Assembly (NCBI RefSeq): GCF_022045235.1
Contig: NW_027266284.1
Location: forward strand, 2,604,001 to 2,668,000
Source: Haliotis cracherodii
Lineage: Eukaryota
DNA: 64,000 nt
Reading direction: 5' to 3'
Positions 55,401 to 64,000 of the stretch are shown one piece after another; position 1 is the first letter of the stretch; every line of letters begins with the position of its first letter. A program made the position numbers and the translations under genes. The notes under the pieces are model-generated. The model did no database searches. It was not told the origin of the DNA and saw nothing but the letters and a program-made list of their open reading frames with translations.

Positions 55401-58400
55401 TGCTAACAGCATCAAGAGGAGGAACTGGGCTCCAGATCTTGCTGCAAGACACAGTGACTCACTGTATACTACCCATGCTAACAGCATCAAGAAGAGGAAC
55501 CGGGCTCAGTCCAGATCTTGCTGCAAGACACAATGACTCACTGTATACTACCCATGCTAACAGCATCAAGGGGAGGAACTGGGCTCCAGATCTTGCTGCA
55601 AGACACAGTGACTCACTGTATACTATCCATGCTAACAGCATCAAGAGGAGGAACTGGGCTCACTCCAGATCTTGCTGCAAGACACAGTGACTCACTGTGT
55701 ACTACCCATAGTAACAGCAACAAGAGGAGGAACTGGGCTCCAAATCTTGCTGCAAGACACAGTGACTCACTGTATACTACCCATGCTAACAGCATCAAGA
55801 GGAGGAACTGGGCTCCAGATCTTGCTGCAAGACACAGTCTCACTGTATACTACACATGCTAACAGCATCAAGAGGAGGAACTGGGCTCACTCCAGATCTT
55901 GCTGCAAGACACAGTGACTCACTGTATACTACCCATAGTAACAGCATCAAGAGGAGGAACTGGGCTCACTCCAGATCTTGCTGCAAGACACAGTGACTCA
56001 CTGTATACTACCCATGCTAACAACATCAAGAGGAGGAACTGGGCTCAATCCAGATCTTGCTGCAAGACACAGTGACTCACTGTATACTACCCATGCTAAC
56101 AGCATCAAGAGGAGGAACTGGGCTCACTCCAGATCTTGCTGCAAGACACAGTGACTCACTGTATACTACCCATGCTAACAGCATCAAGAGGAGGAACTGG
56201 GCTCCAGATCTTGCTGCAAGACACAGTGACTCACTGTATACTACCCATGCTAACAGCATCAAGAAGAGGAACTGGGCTCAGTCCAGATCTTGCTGCAAGA
56301 CACAATGACTCACTGTATACTACCCATGCTAACAGCATCAAGGGGAGGAACTGGACTCCAGATCGTGCTGCAAGACACAGTGACTCACTGTATACTACCC
56401 ATGCTAACAGCATCAAGAGGAGGAACTGGGCTCACTCCAGATCTTGCTGCAAGACACAATGACTCACTGTATACTACCCATGCTAACAGCATCAAGAGGA
56501 GGAACTGGGCTCACTCCAGATCTTGCTGCAAGACACAGTGACTCACTGTATACCACCCATGCTAACAGCATCAAGAGGAGGAACTGGGCTCCAGATCTTG
56601 CTGCAAGACACAGTGACTCACTGTATACTACCCATGCTAACAGCATCAAGAGGAGGAACTGGGCTCACTCCAGATCTTGCTGCAAGACACAGTGACTCAC
56701 TGTATACTACCCATAGTAACAGCATCAAGAGGAGGAACTGGGCTCACTCCAGATCTTGCTGCAAGACACAGTGACTCACTGTATACTACCCATGCTAATA
56801 GCATCAAGAAGAGGAACTGGGCTCCAGATCTTGCTGCAAGACACAGTGACTCACTGTATACTACCCATGCTAACAACATCAAGAGGAGGAACTTGGCTCA
56901 CTCCAGATCTTGCTGCAAGACACAATGACTCACTGTATACTACCCATGCTAACAGCATCAAGAGGAGGAACTGGGCTTCAGATCTTGCTGCAAGACACAG
57001 TGACTCACTGTATACTACCCATGCTAACAACATCAAGAGGAGGAACTGGGCTTCAGATCTTGCTGCTAAACACAGTGACTCACTGTATACTACCCATGCT
57101 AACAGCATCAAGAGGAGGAACTGGGCTCACTCCAGATCTTGCTGCAAGACACAGTGACTCACTGTATACTACCCATGCTAAAAACATCAAGAGGAGGAAC
57201 TGGGCTCACTCCAGATCTTGCTGCAAGAAACAGTGACTCACTGTATACTACCCATAGTAACAGCATCAAGAGGAGGAACTGGGCTTGCTCCAGATCTTGC
57301 TGCAAGACACAGTGACTCACTGTATACCACCCATAGTAACAGCATCAAGAGGAGGAACTGGGCTCACGCCAGATCTTGATTAATCTCATTAAAATCAGAC
57401 CTCAGTTCTCGCGACCGCTAAACAAAGATCTGAAGACATCCCATTAGGGGTCACGTCAGACCGACCTTTCATCCGACCAATCAGAGCATCGCTTACCAGA
57501 TTGTGAAAGTGACATGCAACCTCGAAAACTTTAACTCCGAACACTAGTTACGGTTTTAACGACTGACTCCATACAATCTAGACCATCTATTAGCCATCCC
57601 AGAATGTTCTTTTGTTCAGGTTTCAAATTTGTAATCGAGAATTTGTCAGAATATGTTTCGAAGCGTAGTCGCCAATTTGAAATTAGTGCTGTAAAACACG
57701 AGAAAACTGCCTTCTGATTGGTCGGTCAAAGTTCGCGCAAGGTCGGTCTGACGTGACCCGTAATGAGATGTCCTCAGATCTTTGTTTAGCGGTAGCGAGA
57801 ACTAAGATCTGATTTTAATGAGATTGGATCTTGCTGCAAGACACAGTGACTCACTGTATACTACCCATGCTAACAACATCAAGAGGAGGAACTGGGCTCA
57901 CTCCAGATCTTGCTGCAAGACACAGTGACTCACTGTATGCTACCCATGCTAACAGCATCAAGAGGAGGAACTGGGCTTCAGATCTTGCTGCAAGACACAG
58001 TGACTCACTGTATACTACCCATGCTAACAGCATCAAGAGGAGGAACTGGGCTTCAGATCTTGCTGCAAGACACAGTGACTCACTGTATACTACCCATGCT
58101 AACAACATCAAGAGGAGGAACTGGGCTCCAGATCTTGCTGCAAGACACAGTGACTCACTGTATACTACCCATGCTAACAACATCAAGAGGAGGAACTGGG
58201 CTCCAGATCTTGCTGCTAAACACAGTGACTCACTGTATACTACCCATGCTAACAGCATCAAGAGGAGGAACTGGGCTCACTCCAGATCTTGCTGCAAGAC
58301 ACAGTGACTCACTGTATACTACCCATGCTAAAAACATCAAGAGGAGGAACTGGGCTCACTCCAGATCTTGCTGCAAGAAACAGTGACTCACTGTATACTA

Positions 58401-61400
58401 CCCATGCTAACAGCATCAAGAGGAGGAACTTGGCTTGCTCCAGATCTTGCTGCAAGACACAGTGACTCACTGTATACCACCCATAGTAACAGCATCAAGA
58501 GGAGGAACTGGGCTCACGCCAGATCTTGATTAATCTCATTAAAATCAGACCTCAGTTCTCGCGACCGCTAAACAAAGATCTGAAGACATCCCATTAGGGG
58601 TCACGTCAGAACAACCTTTCATCCGACCAATCAGAGCATCGCTTACCAGATTGTGAAAGTGACATGCAACCTCGAAAACTTTAACTCCGAACACTAGTTA
58701 CGGTTTTAACGACTGACTCCATACAATCTAGACCATCTATTAGCCATCCCAGAATGTTCTTTTGTTCAGGTTTCAAATTTGTAATCGAGAATTTGTCAGA
58801 ATATGTTTCGAAGCGTAGTCGCCAATTTGAAATTAGTGCTGTAAAACACGAGAAAACTGCCTTCTGATTGGTCGGTCAAAGTTCGCGCAAGGTCGGTCTG
58901 ACGTGACCCGTAATGAGATGTCCTCAGATCTTTGTTTAGCGGTAGCGAGAACTAAGATCTGATTTTAATGAGATTGGATCTTGCTGCAAGACACAGTGTC
59001 TCACTGTTTACTACCCATGCTAACAACATCAAGAGGAGGAACTGGGCTCACTCCAGATCTTGCTGCAAGACACAGTGACTCACTGTATACTACCCATGCT
59101 AACAGCATCAAGAGGAGGAACTGGGCTTCAGAACTTGCTGCAAGAAACAGTGACTCACTGCATACCACCCATGCTAACAACATCAAGAGGAGGAACTTGG
59201 CTCCAGATCTTGCTGCAAGCTCTCTATCTCAATGTGTGCTTCATGTAAAATGCTGCGTATTATTCCAGATGACTATACCTGTTGTTGACTTTTGCCAGGG
59301 AGCTGTGCTTTGTTGTTGGGTGTCTGACTAGAAACTGAAATCACATAAATATACAACAGTAAACATATCTTTAATGTTTCTCATCATTCATGGTGTTATC
59401 TGTGTGCTACTATTGACTGAGTTGTCAATCCTGGCAAACCTAACTAAACCTACCCAAAGTATATCTGCAGTATGGGAAGACTCTCTCATTGTGTGCATTG
59501 CCTACTCTCTGGGAAGACTCTCTACCTCAATGTGTGCAATGTCTACTCTCTGGGAAGACTCTCTACCTCAATGTGTGCAATGTCTACTCTCTAGGAAGAC
59601 TCTCTACCTCAATTTGTGCAATGTCTACTCTCTGGGAAGACTCTCTACCTCAATGTGTGCAATGTCTACACTCTAGGAAGACTCTCTACCTCAATGTGTG
59701 CAATGTCTACTCTCTGGGAAGACTCTCTACCTCAATGTGTGCAATGTCTACTCTCTAGGAAGACTCTGTACCTCAATGTGTGCAATGTCTACTCTCTGGG
59801 AAGACTCTGTACCTCAATGTGTGCATGGCCTACTCTCTAGGAAGACTCTGTACCTCAATGTGTGCAATGTCTACTCTCTGGGAAGACTCTGTACCTCAAT
59901 GTGTGCAATGTCTACTCTCTGGGAAGACTCTCTACCTCAATGTGTGCAATGTCTACTCTCTGGGAAGACTCTGTACCTCAATGTGTGCAATGTCTACTCT
60001 CTGGGAAGACTCTCTACCCCAATGTGTGCAATGTCTACTCTCTGGGAAGACTCTCTACCTCAATGTGTGCAATGTCTACTCTCTGGGAAGACTCTCTACC
60101 TCAATGTGTGCAATGTCTACTCTCTAGGAAGACTCTCTACCTCAATTTGTGCAATGTCTACTCTCTGGGAAGACTCTCTACCTCAATTTGTGCAATGTAT
60201 ACTCTCTAGGAAGACTATCTACCTCAATGTGTGCAATGTCTACTCTCTGGGAAGACTCTCTACCTCAATTTGTGCAATGTCTACACTCTGGGAAGACTCT
60301 ATCTCAGTGTGCAATGCCTACACCTTGGAAGACTCTCCATCTCAGAGTGTGCAATGCCTACACCTTGGAAGACTCTATCTCAGTGTGCAATGCCTACACC
60401 TTGGGAAGACTCTATCTCAGTGTACAATGCCTACACCTTGGGAAGACTCTATCTCAGTGTGCAATGCCTACACCTTGGGAAGACTCTATCTCAGTGTGCA
60501 ATGCCTACACCTTGGGAAGACTCTATCTCAGAGTGCAATGCCTACACCTTGGGAAGACTCTATCTCAGAGTGCAATGCCTACACCTTGGAAGACTATCCA
60601 TCTCAGAGTGTGCAATGCCTACACCTTGGGAAGACTCTATCTCAGTGTGCAATGCCTACACCTTGGAAGACTCTCTATCTCAATGTGTGCATTGTCTCCA
60701 CCTTGGGAAGACTCTATCTCAGTGTGCAATGCCTACACCTTGGAAGACTCTAACAATGCATAGGCTGACTCTCTATCTCATCAGAAACTATCGGAAAATC
60801 ATATGAAAACTTGAATATTGACATGCTGTGAGCATTATTATTGTACTCACCTGACTGTTTGAGTGCTTCAGCTTGCAGCATGTACTCACCTGACTGTTTG
60901 TGTGCTTCAGCTTGCAGCATGTACTCACCTGACTGTTTGAGTGCTTCAGCTTGCAGCATGTACTCACCTGACTGTTTGTGTGCTTCAGCTCGCAGCATGT
61001 ACTCACCTGACTGTTTGAGTGCTTCAGCTCGCAGCATGTACTCACCTGACTGTTTGAGTGCTTCAGCTTGCAGCATGTACTCACCTGACTGTTTGTGTGC
61101 TTCAGCTCGCAGCATGTACTCACCTGACTGTTTGAGTGCTTCAGCTCGCAGCATGTACTCACCTGACTGTTTGAGTGCTTCAGCTCGCAGCATGTACTCA
61201 CCTGACTGTTTGAGTGCTTCAGCTTGCAGCATGTACTCACCTGACTGTTTGTGTGCTTCAGCTTGCAGCATGTACTCACCTGACTGTTTGAGTGCTTCAG
61301 CTCGCAGCATGTACTCATTAGCCTTGTCCAGTATGACCTGGTTGCGGGAGCTATCCGAGCCTCCCAGAGCAGCAGACAGGAGAGCCTGGGCTGCTTCCTG

Positions 61401-62255
61401 CAACACAAGTGGTCCAATATCTCAGTATATAGTCCTTATCTAAAACGTTTCCTGCACCGTACAGCATCAAAACATCTTTCCAGGTGAATAAATATGTAAC
61501 AAATGTCATGAACTGGACAACAATTATGATAATACAACATTAATATGATATTATATTTATATTATGTCTAAAGGGGCGTGAAACTATCCAGATACTTTTC
61601 AATAACTTTATGTAAAGAAAACAACAAAGCCAGCCATAAGGCTCACCTGAATGTTTCAAGCAAGTATGCAACATCAGGTTGTAGGTCATACTAAAACAGT
61701 GCTCAAGGTAAATGTGTCAGTCAAATGTTGACTTTGACAGGAAGGTCTCGATTGATTTAACTTGCACCAGGTGCATGTTGATATGAAAACTTAGTTGCAC
61801 CAGACATAACCAGGTTGTGTGGAAAAGTAATTCTAAGTCAGATAAAAATTTGACAAAGAAAATTACATGCACTTGGTGCATGTTGACATAAATATTAGGT
61901 TGCATTTTTCAATACTAGGTTGCACTTGTGCATGTTTTATGTTGTTGAATAGATCTCTGACAGGTCTATACAAATGTTATAAAAACATACCTCTCTAGCA
62001 GCATGTTTTTATAATAATCTGAACATTTGGTGAAGATGATCCTATCTTTCTATGATGACTTTTAAAGACTTAAAATGTTAGAAGTATCCTCAAATTCTAG
62101 CTGTGAACATGGTACAAGCTTACTATGTAATAAAACTTGGCCGTCTCGTAGTTTCCAACTTGGTCAAACTGTACAGCCTGATGAGCATACATTCCTGCAT
62201 CCCGCTCCAACACTGCCGAGTCAACACCATGGTAGCCTGATGTTGGGTCCCCCAT
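37411..62255 (-). CDS. CAPN7: Calpain-7 (PalBH; MIT-MIT-CysPc-CBSW-CBSW), 847 aa: join(62124..62255,61280..61397,59279..59334,54181..54297,51699..51766,51207..51446,49983..50069,47501..47627,46413..46498,45594..45687,45141..45287,44673..44900,44420..44564,44107..44206,43587..43719,41603..41678,40529..40740,38794..38933,38263..38355,37411..37555)
   Basis: MIT1 [30 protein letters not shown]; MIT2 [17 protein letters not shown]; catalytic triad motifs [21 protein letters not shown] and LKNPW; C-terminus [19 protein letters not shown]. Exons sum to 2544 nt in frame; 18 GT-AG introns and one GC-AG. Confidence 0.95.
37720..38252. repeat. 32-bp minisatellite in the last CAPN7 intron
   Basis: Unit tggactataagggagcaaacactgatatcatc. 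Confidence 0.9.
38418..38690. repeat. 43-bp minisatellite (about 6 copies) with TTG|GTGAGT donor-like motifs in the CAPN7 sense
   Basis: Unit actcaccaagtggaatagtgcacccatgtgc(a/t)tcaataatcag. Confidence 0.9.
40790..41430. repeat. 30-bp minisatellite, about 21 copies
   Basis: Unit aacagcatcaacaagacagggtccataatg. Confidence 0.95.
41727..43102. repeat. 25-bp minisatellite with shorter variants
   Basis: Unit aaccattgcaacaagtctcacaaag. Confidence 0.95.
43128..43603. repeat. 28-bp minisatellite (about 17 copies) spanning the GC donor of CAPN7 exon 15
   Basis: Minus-strand unit GACATGTCACAGATAAG|GCAAGTCATGT. Confidence 0.95.
45812..46332. mobile_element. Degenerate copy of the 9-bp-TSD MITE family
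   Basis: Shares acgtcagaaggacctttcatccga, agcgtagtc, ttctgattgg and gtaatgggatgtcctgagatctttgtttagc with 34121-34607. Confidence 0.7.
46722..47470. repeat. 29-bp minisatellite (about 25 copies) copying the CAPN7 exon 8 donor
   Basis: Minus-strand unit gttacctg(a/t)aCATCAGACAG|GTGAttagt; the real donor is gCATCAGACAG|GTGAGG at 47501. Confidence 0.9.
47612..49284. repeat. 39-bp minisatellite (over 30 copies) copying the CAPN7 exon 8 acceptor
   Basis: Minus-strand unit gttctag|TGACAGGGATGGGAAGtaactctggatatg; the real site is gttatag|TGATAAGGATGGGAAG. Confidence 0.9.
48799..49147. mobile_element. Tc1/mariner-type (pogo/Tigger-like) MITE with TA duplication, inserted in the 39-bp array
   Basis: TA|CCGTATTTCGAAATAATAAGCGCCC...GGGCGCTTATTACGTTGAATACGG|TA splits the unit ccagagtta/cttccc. 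Confidence 0.85.
49285..49815. mobile_element. Possible MITE at the distal end of the 39-bp array
   Basis: caagctcc..cagcg / cgctgtgggagcttg inverted ends; a degenerate array unit resumes after it. Confidence 0.45.
53381..54124 (+). mobile_element. 5'-truncated Penelope-like element: GIY-YIG endonuclease remnant flanked by inverted partial pseudo-LTR
   Basis: [43 protein letters not shown]; inverted repeat of about 70 bp at 53381-53454 and 54051-54124. Confidence 0.85.
57381..57826. mobile_element. MITE, 9-bp-TSD family
   Basis: Same TIRs as 34121-34607; TSD gatcttgat / gatcttgct. Confidence 0.9.
58531..58976. mobile_element. MITE, near-identical duplicate of 57381-57826
   Basis: Offset 1150 bp, identical flanks, differs at about 2 nt. 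Confidence 0.9.
59473..60750. repeat. 41-bp minisatellite grading into a ~38-bp variant, CAPN7 intron 2
   Basis: Unit gggaagactctctacctcaatgtgtgcaatgtctactctct. Confidence 0.95.
60843..61317. repeat. 39-bp in-frame minisatellite giving 12 copies of the CAPN7 exon 2 donor
   Basis: CAGTCAG|GTGAGTAC every 39 bp from 61280 to 60851. Confidence 0.95.
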
Positions 62256-62934
62256 AACTACTCTGTCAAAGTGCTGTCTCCCCCTTATTCAATGACACTG
62301 TTGGTACAAACTGACCAAATCACATCATCTGCAAATACAGAAATAAACTGCTCTGGTCAACCATGAACGTGTAAATTGACCAACTTCCACAGTTCAGACT
62401 CGGTCTAGATGCTTGGAGAGTATGGCCAACATACACACAAAAAATAAGTTCAGTGTTTCAGATATATTTTCATCTGCCAGTAAAATGCTATTCAAATCTA
62501 AAATACAGAATGCGTAACCTCTATCTTCCAGTTGAAAAGGGAAGGCAGAGTGAAATCCCTAGAGGACAATATACAAATTATTACGGTCAGATACAGTTTT
62601 TCAAAAACATGTAGTCAATCTATTTTTGAAAAAAGTATATCTGTTATTTATTCAGTGTGTAACTCTTGATCAGAGCTACGTTTGCTCCAAATACCCTGGT
62701 AGGCTCATCAACATTGTGATTGATAAATGTGCTTGAGTTGGTCCAATATGAATTGTATACTTGCCCCTGGACATTTATTTCATAACCTGCATCGCCAAAA
62801 TATGAAATGCACAGGTAACATGTTCACATTCATCACACAGGGGCATTTTACACAGTGTTGTCATAGTTAAACATATATGTTTTTTACTGTCAAATACAAA
62901 ATTAGTAAAGTCTAAATATTTTTTTTATTTGTAT

Positions 62935-63708
62935 ATTTATCCTGCATTTCTCCTTAATGCATCTACTGTTTACCTTGCCTTACGATGTTCCTAACTGAAG
63001 AAGAAAAGGTTGTTTCCACTCCAAGTCTATTTTTGTCTGAGGACCACTCGAACAGCTGTGACGTCACATCTCACCACATTACTGCTTATCACGCTGTAAT
63101 AACTGCGTTTCTGAAGCCATAGTGGGGAGGCAGGTCTGTGATGGGTGGGCCTTCAGACGTAGTAATGAAGGATAAGTATACAATTGTAAAAAATATTTAG
63201 ATTTTACAAATCGTTTTACTTATCCAGCATTACTCCTTATTGAATCTGTATCAGACGGTACAGCGGCGGGCATACCTTCAGATGTAATCCTCAATATAGA
63301 CAAACCCTTCATAAGACACATGTGTCAAGAGAACCGTATGGTGAGTGAAGCATGATCGGTATTACTCGCTCAATCTTGTCAATGGAGAGAAATGAGAATT
63401 GAGGAAGAAGTCCAGGTTAAAAACAATAAGAAGAAAATGGCGTGAGCTAAAATCTAAAGCCTGATAATCCCCCTAACAGACGTGTCAAGACACTGTATGA
63501 GTCTGGCAAGACTAGCTCCAGACTGGAGGAATGTGGGGGGATGGGACGTCACACTGGATGATCATGTGACTGCTATGTGAGTGGTCCTCAATTAAATATA
63601 GACTTGATGTGGAAAAAAAATTTTTTCTTTAGTTAGGACCATCGCAAGGCACTGTCTCTGTCAAAAGGTAAGCAGTAGATGCATAAAGGAGTAATGCAGG
63701 ATAAGTAA
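62935..63708. mobile_element. Probable MITE or foldback element upstream of CAPN7
   Basis: ttatcctgcatttctccttaatgcatctactg / cagtagatgcataaaggagtaatgcaggataa inverted ends, plus a related internal hairpin at 63160-63240. Confidence 0.5.
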
Positions 63709-64000
63709 AAAATATGCTTATAAAAATGTGTTTGCTGTAAGCATATGTTTCAGGTGCCAGGAAGAAAATGCTAAAATCACTTAAAAAGAGAAGAAGAGCA
63801 AAGAAAAGTTTTCCTTACACAGAGGCGAGACGAAATGGAGTTTAATGTCTCGTTCAAGATTACTGCACTTATATGTCGATGTGCATGCATGTGTGTGTGT
63901 TTGTGTGGGTGGGTGCTTGTACTAGTCCAGACTAGTGCTGATTTTGTAGTGCCAGCGCACTGAGATATCATGCCGCAGTTTAACATGAATACCCAACATG

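Larger units (their letters stand above)
54268..59218. repeat. 75/79-bp minisatellite (about 50 copies) copying the CAPN7 exon 4 acceptor and first ~29 exon nt
   Basis: Minus-strand unit gtcttgcag|CAAGATCTGGA(GTGA)GCCCAGTTCCTCCT versus exon CAAGATCTGGAACGAGCCCAGTTCCTCCT. Confidence 0.95.

Noticed and set aside
54258-60806. Many overlapping ORFs (MLQDTVTHC..., MQCLLSGK...)
   Set aside because: Translations of satellites; only the 56-nt and 117-nt CAPN7 exons are supported here.

Overview
Animal genomic DNA with spliceosomal introns; the SINE/MITE landscape suggests a mollusc (inference). Four intron-containing genes were reconstructed by hand: the 5' end of SPAG6 (-), a complete CISD3 (+) head-to-head with SPAG6 about 320 bp apart, a class B (secretin family) calcitonin-receptor-like GPCR (-, 11 coding exons, N-terminus unresolved) and a complete calpain-7 CAPN7 (-, 20 coding exons, 847 aa, one GC-AG intron). 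Introns and intergenic DNA hold about 20 minisatellite arrays, tRNA-derived SINEs, MITEs and Gypsy, Tc1, LINE and Penelope relics. Nearly all long ORFs in the supplied track are repeat artefacts. The main unexplained signal is that about ten arrays or duplications are built from an exon-intron junction itself, so each unit re-creates the adjacent splice donor or acceptor, from 2 to about 50 times. Most extra sites would give premature stops and several sit in local hairpins, but one CAPN7 array forms an open in-frame ladder of 12 donors.
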